DNA of 64,000 bases from an uncultured Negativicutes bacterium (GCA_963721525.1 CAVRJL010000008.1:1-64000), one strand, 5' to 3'. Shown: positions 19,366 to 28,550, numbered from the stretch's first letter. Notes: generated from the letters alone by a model not told the origin. Numbers and translations are program-made.

Positions 19366-19674
19366 TTACTCCTTATCAATCAAACGAGATTTAGATTTTA
19401 GAGATGGCCCTTCATTATAAAAAACAAATAGTATGCTAATGAAGCCATCATGAGAACAGTTCTCTACTATTTGTATCCATTTATAATGATTCTGTTTAGC
19501 TGTTTCGACACCTTTTGCTAAAAGTTTAGTAAAAGCTTGATTATAATTTATAGATGAGTAATTGATGGAAATAAGCCAAAGTTTCTCACCCATTTGATGA
19601 ACTTCATAATTCTCTTCTGAAAAAATGAATGAGCTTATGATTGAAAGAGCAACCACTAATAGTAGCTTTTTCAT
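19366..19674 (-). CDS. Secreted hypothetical protein
   Basis: MKKLLLVVALSII signal peptide. Confidence 0.7.
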   Translation of the reverse strand: MKKLLLVVALSIISSFIFSEENYEVHQMGEKLWLISINYSSINYNQAFTKLLAKGVETAKQNHYKWIQIVENCSHDGFISILFVFYNEGPSLKSKSRLIDKE

Positions 19675-20126
19675 ATCTACTCCTTATTATTTATTTACAT
19701 TATAAGCGTGAAGGGGCCAATGCTAGAAATCTATTATGAAGTTCAAGGTATGGCCCCTTCAATAACTAACAAAAACCCTCAGAGACGAAAAGTAGATGGC
19801 GTTTCATAGTGGCTCCTGTAAAGGATTATTCTATGTTACTTCTTCACGGTCTCCTCCTTATCTAATGAACTTCTTGGAAACTTCAAACTCACCGATACCG
19901 AGGCTTTTAGCTATAAGTTGTCTTGACTTACCACGGAAGAATACGGTATCCATGTGATTTCTCACTATTTCGGCCCATTCTTCCGTAGTCATTTTCTGGT
20001 GATAATCTTCCGATAACCAGTGGTAAGGATTTCGTGGGTCGCCGTCCATTAGCTTGCCTTCCTTGCAGAATTGTTTATTTTATTACATTCCGTGGCTATC
20101 ATATTACAGATAGCCACGGATGGCAT

Positions 20127-20549
20127 TCAGGCGGTCTGCTTGACTGCCGTTATGAAGCCGTAGTCGACGGTGATCTCGGGGTCGTAATCGTGAAGGATTC
20201 CGGCGGAAGCGGCGTCCACTTTTACTCCGAAAGCGGTTGCTTTGGTGACCTTACCGAGATAGGTCTTGCCTTTGAGGAGGAAGGACACCATGTCGCCCTT
20301 CTTGACCTTGCCGGTGTAAATAGTGCGGCGCTCGTTCTTGAGTTTCTGCTTGAGAGCATCGGCCTCTTCCTTCTTGAGGACGGTCATGAGCTTCTTGTCG
20401 GCGAGCTTCTTGATATAGGCATCCTTGCGAGCCTGCTTGTCGGCGTTTGCCTTCTTGGCCTTGGCTTCGACCTTGGCCTGTTTGGCGATGAAGTCGAGCT
20501 CCTCGACGCTGTAGCTGGTGAGACTGGCGGTAAAATCCTGCTTGTCCAT
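20127..20549 (-). CDS. Lys-rich protein with KOW-like C-terminus; distant paralog of 14778 and 25498
   Basis: LTSYSVEELDFI; VKKGDMVSF...GKVTK; GGAGG RBS; GC-rich codons. Confidence 0.8.
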   Translation of the reverse strand: MDKQDFTASLTSYSVEELDFIAKQAKVEAKAKKANADKQARKDAYIKKLADKKLMTVLKKEEADALKQKLKNERRTIYTGKVKKGDMVSFLLKGKTYLGKVTKATAFGVKVDAASAGILHDYDPEITVDYGFITAVKQTA

Positions 20550-20638
20550 ATCTACCTCCGTAGATGTTTGGTTGGAAGATGCTAATTTTTTTTACTTGAT
20601 GTGGCCCACCATATTTTCAGGTGAGCCACCTGGAACGT

Positions 20639-20848
20639 TCAATACTCTTCTTCTACCAAGTCCCTTACGGGCTCGGCGCGCTTGGTATCGGCGATGAGTG
20701 AACGAACCTCGTAATCGCGCTGGCTGGTGACGATTTCAATGCCCTTCTTGTCCTTGGACCTGAAGGTAGCCGTGGGAACGAAACCGCCCTCGTAACGAGC
20801 GATGGTTGCCCTGATTGAGCGCCTCGCATTCTTCATTGCCTGAGCCAT
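20639..20848 (-). CDS. Hypothetical protein with GC-rich codon usage
   Basis: RBS and codon bias. Confidence 0.7.
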   Translation of the reverse strand: MAQAMKNARRSIRATIARYEGGFVPTATFRSKDKKGIEIVTSQRDYEVRSLIADTKRAEPVRDLVEEEY

Positions 20849-20920
20849 AAATACCTTCCTTGTTCTTGGGGGATTACTAATTTTATTACATCGTTATAAT
20901 TTTGTCAAGAAAATTGTCTA

Positions 20921-21514
20921 TTACTTTCCTTCCATTTCCATAAGGGCACTTTCAGCCAAAAGATTATAGAGAGACTCCGCTTCTGAAAAAGTTAGAGTTG
21001 CTCCTTTGCCCATTTCTGTATGGTCTGTATTCCACTCGCGAATGTCTAATTTTGGTTCTTTGTCATTCCATGACACGAGATTGAGTTCTTTGTTCCAGCC
21101 ACCTTTGGTAGTGGAAAGAATACCATAGGTTTTTATTACTTTGCCAGAAAAGTCAAATGTCTTTAGCGTTTGACATGAATGGCAAAATTATTTAAATTAT
21201 CTTGCTAAAAGCATATATAATTGTGTAGAACAAAAACCAAGTTCTACAGTGTTCTTTGAAAAAATTAATTTGATGGCTGTACTAAAAAATCTTGTAAAAG
21301 GCCTTTAGCACGTAAGATTAATTAGGTTCAAATTTAGATTCAATTCTATAAGAATTATTCTAAAACTAGGGTCGGGAGGATCCAATGTTAAGCCTATGGA
21401 GAATTAGATGCACAAGGTCTATTCTATGAAGTAGGAATTTCTAGGAGTGATCCTAGAAGATTAACCGTCTTTAGCGGTTAATAGCTTCACTACTTTGAAC
21501 TTGAACTCTGCCAT
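20921..21514 (-). pseudogene. PC4/YdbC-family ssDNA-binding protein interrupted by an insertion
   Basis: Deleting 21137..21490 gives MAEFKFKVIKTYGILSTTKGGWNKELNLVSWNDKEPKLDIREWNTDHTEMGKGATLT..., the YdbC signature; GGAGG RBS at the ATG. Confidence 0.85.
21137..21490 (+). mobile_element. Non-autonomous IS200/IS605-type element (no tnpA/tnpB) with omega-RNA-like right end
   Basis: Subterminal hairpins GTCAAA..TTTGAC and TTAACCG..CGGTTAA share the core GTCTTTAGCG; ends in TCAC; preceded by TTTAT; right part has GCCTATGGAGA..TATGAAGTAGGAA typical of tnpB 3' ends. Confidence 0.75.
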
Positions 21515-21598
21515 CTTATTCCTCCTTCTTCATAAAGCATATAATCTTGATAATCCCGCCATCGGCCATGATTATTTCTGCATCTCGCGATTAATCAT

Positions 21599-22315
21599 TT
21601 ACTCCTTCCACTCGTAAACAATCTTCGCGTTTTTCCCTGAATGCAATCTCCAGGTCGTACCATCAAACGATGGCACTAATCCACGCTCCCATAGCTTATT
21701 GTTCGCGTTAAAATTATACGCATAGTCTATGTCTACAAAAGTACTGCAATAAGCCCACACGCTGTCCCACACGCTGTCCCCCACGCTGTCCCCCACGCTG
21801 TCCCACACGCTGTCCCCCACGCTGTCCCCCACGCTGTTCCCCACGCTGTCCCCCACGCTGTCCCCCACGCTGTCCCCCACGCTGTCCCCCACGCTGTCCC
21901 CCACGCTGTCCCACACGCTGTTCCCCACGCTGTTCCTCACGCTGTTCCACACACTGCCCCACTCCTTCAGTAACTTTATATCTTTTGCTGTAGGTTCTAT
22001 GATCTTTCTTAATGGATTAATAATCGGCTTTATTATCAATTGCGGCACAATCTGCTTGAAATCCAGCGCATTAACCCATGCCTCGGCCGATTCGTGATCG
22101 TGGCCCTCGACCGGTTCGTCAATTGTAAACGTCTTAGTCAATGGGTTGTATTCATATTTACTCCATCGGTCTTGCATTCTGGGTGGAATCTTGTTTACTG
22201 TTAAAGTAGCAGTATGGCTATCGCAGTTTTCTTTTAGGTGATCTTTGCGATACTCCCAGTCCAAATACTTGTAATTCCCCAATCCATTACCCAAAAAAGA
22301 AAAGAAACTGCACAT
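21599..22315 (-). CDS. Protein with a tetrapeptide (SVGD/SVWD/SVGN) repeat tract
   Basis: 238 aa; about 17 repeats of S-V-[GWR]-[DN]. Confidence 0.85.
   Translation of the reverse strand: MCSFFSFLGNGLGNYKYLDWEYRKDHLKENCDSHTATLTVNKIPPRMQDRWSKYEYNPLTKTFTIDEPVEGHDHESAEAWVNALDFKQIVPQLIIKPIINPLRKIIEPTAKDIKLLKEWGSVWNSVRNSVGNSVWDSVGDSVGDSVGDSVGDSVGDSVGNSVGDSVGDSVWDSVGDSVGDSVWDSVWAYCSTFVDIDYAYNFNANNKLWERGLVPSFDGTTWRLHSGKNAKIVYEWKE
21756..21960. repeat. 12-bp tandem repeat (CCCACGCTGTCC variants)
   Basis: About 17 near-identical units inside the CDS. Confidence 0.95.
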
Positions 22316-22326
22316 CTTATTCCTCC

Positions 22327-22548
22327 TTATGGTTCTATGAAAGTCGAAGTAGCTGTAATAATAGAAATGGATAAATCAATTTTTCTTTTATCGCCTACTA
22401 AACTCTTGTAGAATTGTATAGTTTCCCTAACTTCTTCTACTGTTGGAAATCGATCTGCTTCGAAAATGTCATTAGTATAAAAAACTTCACCAAGGGGAAT
22501 AAATCCTCGTATAAACAATTTGTTTTCTCTATCATAAATAATATACAT
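22327..22548 (-). CDS. Hypothetical protein
   Basis: GGAGG RBS. Confidence 0.7.
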   Translation of the reverse strand: MYIIYDRENKLFIRGFIPLGEVFYTNDIFEADRFPTVEEVRETIQFYKSLVGDKRKIDLSISIITATSTFIEP

Positions 22549-22615
22549 TCTAGTCCTCCATAATTGCTATATTTTTACACAGGGTGGGTTATATAAGAAA
22601 TAACCCACCCTATAA

Positions 22616-22918
22616 TCAGCTCTCGTCTACCCAGGTATAGGTGGACGGCCAGTAGTGGGACTTGTTGTCGTTATCGACAAAGTAGATGGAGCTTCCCTTG
22701 TCCTCGTCAATAGCGCCGGTGGTAGTGATGGACCTCTTGATGAACGCTCCCGGCTTCTCGATGTCAGGGATGAAGGTAGTAATAGTCCTGTTGAGGCCGA
22801 CGAGACCGGATTTGAGATGCTTGATGTTGTTGGAGCAGGAGTTGCAGGACGTGGTGGCGAAAGATAAGGATATGACGGCGATAAGAACGAGAGAGATTAG
22901 CAGAATCTTCTTCATCAA
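22616..22918 (-). CDS. Putative lipoprotein
   Basis: Signal peptide followed by TTSCNSC; GC-rich codons. Confidence 0.7.
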   Translation of the reverse strand: MMKKILLISLVLIAVISLSFATTSCNSCSNNIKHLKSGLVGLNRTITTFIPDIEKPGAFIKRSITTTGAIDEDKGSSIYFVDNDNKSHYWPSTYTWVDES

Positions 22919-22960
22919 AACCTCCTAAAAAGATTGTTTATGCTTTTACATAATATGTAA

Positions 22961-23197
22961 TCACTCTATATCTACGGGATATATTATATATGAAATACAG
23001 AGAAGGTCGCCTGAATTAATAGAACCGTTCCTTCCTATCTTCCAGTTTATTTGCTTTTTGCCATATTCTTCTTGAGCGAACTCTTTGGCTTTTTCTATTG
23101 ATAGAAATGGCTTTTCGTAATTTATTTCTGTATGTTCGGTTCCCATCGGCCCACCCAATCCGCTTAAATCAAGAGAGCGTAACATGTGTGCTGTCAT
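22961..23197 (-). CDS. Hypothetical protein
   Basis: GGAGG RBS. Confidence 0.7.
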   Translation of the reverse strand: MTAHMLRSLDLSGLGGPMGTEHTEINYEKPFLSIEKAKEFAQEEYGKKQINWKIGRNGSINSGDLLCISYIIYPVDIE

Positions 23198-23256
23198 TTG
23201 GTTTCCTCCACTATATTTTTACTTGGGATAGCCCATTTAGGGCTACCCCATAGTTA

Positions 23257-23436
23257 TTACTCCTCGATGACGAGGTTACCGGTCTTGAAGACCTCGGAGC
23301 TGAGGAAGGCGAGACGGGAGAAGAAAGCCTCGATTTCGCCGGGGCTCTTGTAACCATTACCGTTCAGAACGATTTCCTTGCTCTGTTTGAGCTCGTAAGA
23401 GTAGGTTCCGTAGTCGTCCTTGAAAATCCGTAGCAT
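23257..23436 (-). CDS. 59-aa protein, possibly YegP/DUF1508-like (not in the ORF track)
   Basis: AAGGAG RBS; MLRIFKDDYGTYSYELKQSKEIVLNGNGYKS...; GC-rich codons; followed by a hairpin. Confidence 0.65.
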   Translation of the reverse strand: MLRIFKDDYGTYSYELKQSKEIVLNGNGYKSPGEIEAFFSRLAFLSSEVFKTGNLVIEE

Positions 23437-23488
23437 GGTTTGCTCCTTGATTGAAGAGATTATATTTTTACATTTCTATAGAAATATA

Positions 23489-24037
23489 TCAAGGTTTTTG
23501 AGCAGGATTTTTTGTAAATATATAATTTTCCATAGAATTGGATGATTTCAAGTCTTTGGTTCCAAAATTAGTAACGCAACTCATAATCTCATAATAGCTA
23601 AAAGTGTTTTCTGTTGAAAGAAGAGTTCCATCACCGATTGTATAATATATACCACAAATCTGCGGTTCAAGATAATGTCCATGATATAATACTATAGCAT
23701 GTTTTTTACCCGAGCTACAGAAACTAGTATTGCAGATTATAAAAGAAGCATCAGGACCAAGATGATATATCAAGTCAACAGCAAATCCGACACATTCTCC
23801 ACCACCAGCATTTTCAAATTGATCGGGAGATTGCCAATAATCAACTATTAAATATTTGTGATTCGGCATGGCTACCGTTTTCCAAGCAGGCATCAGCTCC
23901 TCGTGATTGATCGTATATCCCTTAGTGTTGAGCACAAATGGGTTGGAACATGAACTAAAGCAAATCATGAAAAAGAAAATGACGAAAAGAATAATAAAAG
24001 AAGCAATTAATACTTTGAGATAATCTGTAATTTTCAT
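23489..24037 (-). CDS. Lipoprotein with transglutaminase-like/cysteine-peptidase motifs
   Basis: Lipobox-like FSSC; YWQSP..GGGECVGFA...HA...LEPQ. Confidence 0.65.
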   Translation of the reverse strand: MKITDYLKVLIASFIILFVIFFFMICFSSCSNPFVLNTKGYTINHEELMPAWKTVAMPNHKYLIVDYWQSPDQFENAGGGECVGFAVDLIYHLGPDASFIICNTSFCSSGKKHAIVLYHGHYLEPQICGIYYTIGDGTLLSTENTFSYYEIMSCVTNFGTKDLKSSNSMENYIFTKNPAQKP

Positions 24038-24427
24038 TGCTTATTCCTTACCAAACTTTGTTTGGGTCATTAAGAATAGCATCAGCTATCTTTGATAAGT
24101 CATCGGTATCGATAAGATGATAGGGCACATTAAGAACGCCGGTATATCCTTCGATAGCACTTATCATTTTTTCCCTTTTGTTATACTCTTCTTTTGTTCG
24201 TTCGGCCATAATTTCCTCCGATAGATAAGTATAGCAAAAAACAATAAAATTGTCAATAAAAAAAGGGTCGCAGCCGACAGACCAATGGTTCACATTGTTA
24301 GCTTTCGGTCGCAGCCCATATTTACAATAAAAAAAAGGTTCTCAAAAGGCAAGTTTTCGCCTCATCGGCTTTCATCTTGGACCCTTTAAGAATCTATTAT
24401 TCTTTATCTTTACTGATATCATTTTAT

Positions 24428-24652
24428 TTACAACGAATAATGTCTATCTCTATTTTGTTTATTTATTAATCTACTAAACAACTTTTTGGGCATAAACATT
24501 TTAGCAACTTCACGTAATTCAATATATTGTTCTTCTATTCTTGAATAATTAGTTTCTTCATCTCTATTTTCAATATAATCAAAAGAATTTTTAATTCCTT
24601 GTTTATAAACCCTTTCATTTTCTTTATCAATATCTTCGTCTAATAGGTTCAT
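24428..24652 (-). CDS. Hypothetical protein
   Basis: AAGGAG RBS. Confidence 0.7.
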   Translation of the reverse strand: MNLLDEDIDKENERVYKQGIKNSFDYIENRDEETNYSRIEEQYIELREVAKMFMPKKLFSRLINKQNRDRHYSL

Positions 24653-24667
24653 GTTTATTTCTCCTTG

Positions 24668-25095
24668 ATCATCCTATTGACATGCTCCTTTTATTCAAAA
24701 GAAAGCCAACTAATCTTGGCAGGATACTAACGGTGTTGCCGACCCGCTTTCTGGCTACGGGCTCCGCTGTCTTTCGACTAAAGAAAAGCGGGGAAGCTCA
24801 ATGCTCTCTGCGGACGGTCTTTTACCGAACCCCACTATCGCCTTATCAGCATTAGGAGGGCCCTCCCTTTGCTTTCGGCTATTGGCATTATTAGAGCCCG
24901 AAGGCTCAGGGATTCACCAAACGAAACCCCAACTGGTCTTTTGTCTTCGCTTACGCTAAACAAGGCTCCAATCTGTGCACTACCGATTTACTTAATCTCT
25001 CTTGTGGAAAGAAACCCCCATCGGCAGGGTTGAAGGTTGAAGTACTCTGGGGAATTTGTCGAATAATGCTAGGCATCATCCTATTGACATGCTCC
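24668..25095 (-). ncRNA. Structured leader or ncRNA bounded by a 21-bp direct repeat
   Basis: ATCATCCTATTGACATGCTCC at 24668-24688 and 25075-25095; internal GAGCC-TTCG-GGCTC and GTC-GAAA-GAC hairpins; promoter TTGACA-N17-TACAAT at 25147-25119. Confidence 0.6.
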
Positions 25096-25497
25096 ATTGT
25101 TCTCTCCCTTACATAATAATTGTAATAAATTTGTAATTTTTTGTCAAGAAATATTTTTTATTTTTATGTATTTTGACGCAAAATTAAAAATTGCGGCAAA
25201 TGCATTTTTTACTATTCATGTTAGTAGTTCAATACAAAGCAATCTTATCAGCTCAATGTCCGTCATTCCATAATTACTATATAATGATTTCCATATATAA
25301 TAAAATAATTTGGGTATAAAAAAAAAGACCCTAGCCGAGAGTGGCTAAGGTCTTGCTATCGGCTGGCTTCCAGCTTAATTCGTGGTATGTAGTAACCGGC
25401 ACGAATAGATAACAGTAGCAAGGGAAGGAAGGACTAACCTTTTAGCCAAGGTATGATAACCGGCTTGGCGCTTCCTTTGCTACGTTGAATCGGTCGG

Positions 25498-25986
25498 TTA
25501 GACCGCGGAGGCGAGATCGGCGACGGCTTCGAGAGCGGCGATGCCCTCATTGGAAGCCTTGCCCTCGGAGGTGGCGCCCTTCTTGATCAGGTTGGCCTTC
25601 GGAGCCTCGACTATGGCCTCGACGCCGGCGCCAACCGGAGTCAAGCCGGTTATCTTGTCGAAATGGATGTACCGGACCTTGCGGGGCGTGTCCACGTCGG
25701 CGCCCATATCGACCGCTACGGTCTTGTCGCTGATCTTGCCGGCGAGCTTCGTCCAGGTCTTGCCGTTCATCGTGAACGTGATGCTCGCCTTGCCCTCGAC
25801 GAGGACCTTAGCGGCGATCGCGGCCTTGACCATTTGCTCGGCGGTCTGCTTGACCTCGGCCTTCTTTTCGGCCTCGATGACCTTGACCTCTTCCTTCTTG
25901 CTCTTGAGGAGCTCGGTCGTCCTTTCCTTGATAGCCTTGAGCTCGTCGATGGAAAGCGTATCCAGAATGCTCATGTCGAAAGCCAT
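25498..25986 (-). CDS. Lys/Ala-rich protein, paralog of 14778..15152
   Basis: Clear pairwise similarity; GGAGG RBS; GC-rich codons. Confidence 0.85.
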   Translation of the reverse strand: MAFDMSILDTLSIDELKAIKERTTELLKSKKEEVKVIEAEKKAEVKQTAEQMVKAAIAAKVLVEGKASITFTMNGKTWTKLAGKISDKTVAVDMGADVDTPRKVRYIHFDKITGLTPVGAGVEAIVEAPKANLIKKGATSEGKASNEGIAALEAVADLASAV

Positions 25987-26044
25987 GTTTGGCCTCCTAT
26001 GAAAAAATGTAGGGAAGTCCTAAGCCTCCCGTGTTATCGAAAGA

Positions 26045-26392
26045 ACTATAAAATTATTTTTTTACATTGTCAAGAGCATTTTCCTATTCTCTATAAATAC
26101 TTTTTTCTTCCCAACAACACAATACTATACTCATATAAAATTGTCAAGTAACTTTATTACTTTTATTTATAGAAGGATTTTATTTTATCCTTCTATATTT
26201 TTTCTTTTCCTTACACTTTGATTTTATATCAAATAAAAAACATTGTCAAATGCCCTTCCTATAAGCCTTTGAAACGTCCGTTATATCATAAGTTTTTCAT
26301 TTTGTCAAGTATTCTATTTTTACATTGTAAGCCTTTATTTATTGATTTTCCAGTAAACATAACAAAAAGCCTATATATATAATAAATGTCAA
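26045..26392 (-). promoter_or_regulatory. Cluster of five tandem TTGACA promoters at a strand-divergence point
   Basis: TTGACA at 26073, 26147, 26249, 26308, 26392; several have -10-like boxes 17 nt downstream. Confidence 0.7.
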
Positions 26393-26616
26393 GCGTTTAT
26401 TTACTATTGAATACACCCCATATATATCGCATATAGCCCTATATAGCTAGGCATTTTGGAATATAGGAAAAACTACCCTAACATAGCAAGCCCAATAAAT
26501 AGAGCATAAAAAAAATAAAAAGGGCATATTCCTAATAAATGGACTTATAATGCATAATTGAATGTCTGTCATTTCATAATTATATCAAAAGTAAAGGTAA
26601 ACGGGAAGGTAGTAGA

Positions 26617-26931
26617 ATGACATACCGTGAAACATTGATGTTAAATTTAACAGGCAAATTACCCCCTAAACCAGCAAAGTCAATAAAAAAGGATATTATA
26701 GCTGAGGAAGTTAGTCAAGGACTTGAGTGGCAAATGGCTGAGGGATTTAAAATTGAACACGAACACCAACCTACTTATAACTTTATAGTAAAATACCTTG
26801 AAGAAAATAAGAAACTGCCACCTGCGGATGAATTATTTAAGCATATAGCAGAAGACCATTTGAATGATGATAAGCAATATTATACCCACCTTGTAGCTAT
26901 GTTAAAAAAAAGTGGAGAAACTGATTACTAA
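26617..26931 (+). CDS. Hypothetical (putative virion) protein with HEH..HI..DHL..YY motif
   Basis: ORF preceded by GTAAAGGTAA. Confidence 0.75.
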   Translation: MTYRETLMLNLTGKLPPKPAKSIKKDIIAEEVSQGLEWQMAEGFKIEHEHQPTYNFIVKYLEENKKLPPADELFKHIAEDHLNDDKQYYTHLVAMLKKSGETDY

Positions 26932-27566
26932 TGAATATGATTAATATACTGGAAGAACTTCACAATAGTTCTAAACTAGACAAAATAGCAGAACATATTT
27001 ATTTACGGCATTTTGTAACAGAAATAATGAATTTTCCTATAAATAAATATTTTGAAGACGAAGGATATAATTTATATGATTGGTATGTATTTTGTGAATT
27101 TGATAAAACAAAAAGTTCATATATAGATATATCTTATAGTAGACATAGATTGAAGATTTATATTGATTCAAAAGATAGAAACTATGATGATGTATTGCAA
27201 AGCATAAAACATGAAGTAATACATATTTTAGATTTTTTGAAGTCAATAGAAAAAAATAAAGGAATATTATTAGATAAAAAGTTTAGAAAGGGTTATAATG
27301 ATAACTCTTTGTCATATTATAACTATTCACAGGAATTCAATCAACTTATTCATTATTTAGATAAGCTTTCAAAGAAAATTAAATTCAATAATTATCAAGA
27401 TTTAATAGAATATCTACGTGGAGAAGAAAGTCTTTATATAGACAAAGAAGCAACAAAAGACCCAAGTTTCAAAAAAAGATTGTTATCTCGTATAGCTCGC
27501 GAAAATATAAATATAATAAAAAAGCCCACCCCTTCAGGTGAGCTTCCAAATAAAACTCGAAAATGA
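26931..27566 (+). CDS. HExxH (zincin-like) protein, paralog of 52134..52868
   Basis: KHEVIHILD; E-x-NQ; DPSFKKRLLSRIAREN. Confidence 0.75.
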   Translation: MNMINILEELHNSSKLDKIAEHIYLRHFVTEIMNFPINKYFEDEGYNLYDWYVFCEFDKTKSSYIDISYSRHRLKIYIDSKDRNYDDVLQSIKHEVIHILDFLKSIEKNKGILLDKKFRKGYNDNSLSYYNYSQEFNQLIHYLDKLSKKIKFNNYQDLIEYLRGEESLYIDKEATKDPSFKKRLLSRIARENINIIKKPTPSGELPNKTRK

Positions 27567-27570
27567 TTAA

Positions 27571-27726
27571 TTAAAAATCGTCATCGTCTTCATAATCGTC
27601 ATCGTCATCATCTTCGTAATCATCTGGCTCGCCATATTCACCAGCATCAGCTCCATCAGTGTCTTCGTCAGAATAATCTTCATAGTCGCTTTCGGCTACA
27701 CCGTCAAAGTCTTCGTCTCTACTCAT
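27571..27726 (-). CDS. 51-aa extremely acidic protein (not in the ORF track)
   Basis: MSRDEDFDGVAESDYEDYSDEDTDGADAGEYGEPDDYEDDDDDDYEDDDDF; AGGAG RBS; overlaps the upstream stop. Confidence 0.75.
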   Translation of the reverse strand: MSRDEDFDGVAESDYEDYSDEDTDGADAGEYGEPDDYEDDDDDDYEDDDDF

Positions 27727-28336
27727 TTGGTTGCACTCCTATTGTTTTATTAGGCCAAGGGATATTAGATGAACCACCTACACGTATCTCTCGCCATTTA
27801 GTATATTTATCTTGTTGTAAATCAAAAAACACATAATAGCCATTTAAAGATAATAGAACTTGATTGCTTTTATTAGCCTCTACTATTTTAAATACTTCTT
27901 TCCCAACCTCTACTACGTGACGATAACTCTTGCCATTATCTTCAAGATATCTTGTATATAATCGTCTTATTTCTTTTTCAGCAATTGAAGATAATGGCTT
28001 CTTTGATTTAACTCTTCCTGCTTCATAAGCAACTGCTGGAACTTTATCTAATTCAAAACCATCATATGAAGCTAACATTCCTCCGTTTTGCTCCATAAAT
28101 ATTTTCCAGGTGGTGCCGGATTCTTTTCTTTCCCATCTCGTTATTATAACAATATATGTCTCTTCACCACAATAAAACGACTTTTCATTTATTTTATAAA
28201 TGAAAAACGACCTTCCATTTTTAGAGACTTTAGCCCCTAATCTGGCATTGTCTCTACTAAGTATTGGCAACAGCTCTACTCCCAGGAACAAGCGATAAGG
28301 CATTTGAATATATGAAAGAATAAATACCACAATCAA
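27719..28336 (-). CDS. Hypothetical protein
   Basis: 205-aa ORF; start uncertain. Confidence 0.7.
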   Translation of the reverse strand: MIVVFILSYIQMPYRLFLGVELLPILSRDNARLGAKVSKNGRSFFIYKINEKSFYCGEETYIVIITRWERKESGTTWKIFMEQNGGMLASYDGFELDKVPAVAYEAGRVKSKKPLSSIAEKEIRRLYTRYLEDNGKSYRHVVEVGKEVFKIVEANKSNQVLLSLNGYYVFFDLQQDKYTKWREIRVGGSSNIPWPNKTIGVQPNE

Positions 28337-28550
28337 CCAAGTCTTTCAAATCATGCTCGAAAATATTGGCTTCAAGAAATGGATCAATTTTTTCCAAAAT
28401 TATTCCTTCTGGTATTTTAGAAAGACATTCAATGTTATTCTTAACACTTTCCTTTAATTCTTCCGGCATTGGAATATTTCCAATAAAATACTTCAATGCT
28501 ACCTCAAGCATTTCTAACGGTTCTTCCGAAAAATCACTTTTTGTTCTCAT
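28257..28550 (-). CDS. Hypothetical protein
   Basis: ORF with GGAG RBS. Confidence 0.6.
   Translation of the reverse strand: MRTKSDFSEEPLEMLEVALKYFIGNIPMPEELKESVKNNIECLSKIPEGIILEKIDPFLEANIFEHDLKDLVDCGIYSFIYSNALSLVPGSRAVANT

Noticed and set aside
21756-21960. Possible CRISPR array or DGR template/variable repeat
   Set aside because: Units are contiguous 12-mers with no spacers and lie in frame in a CDS; no reverse transcriptase or second diverged copy in the window.
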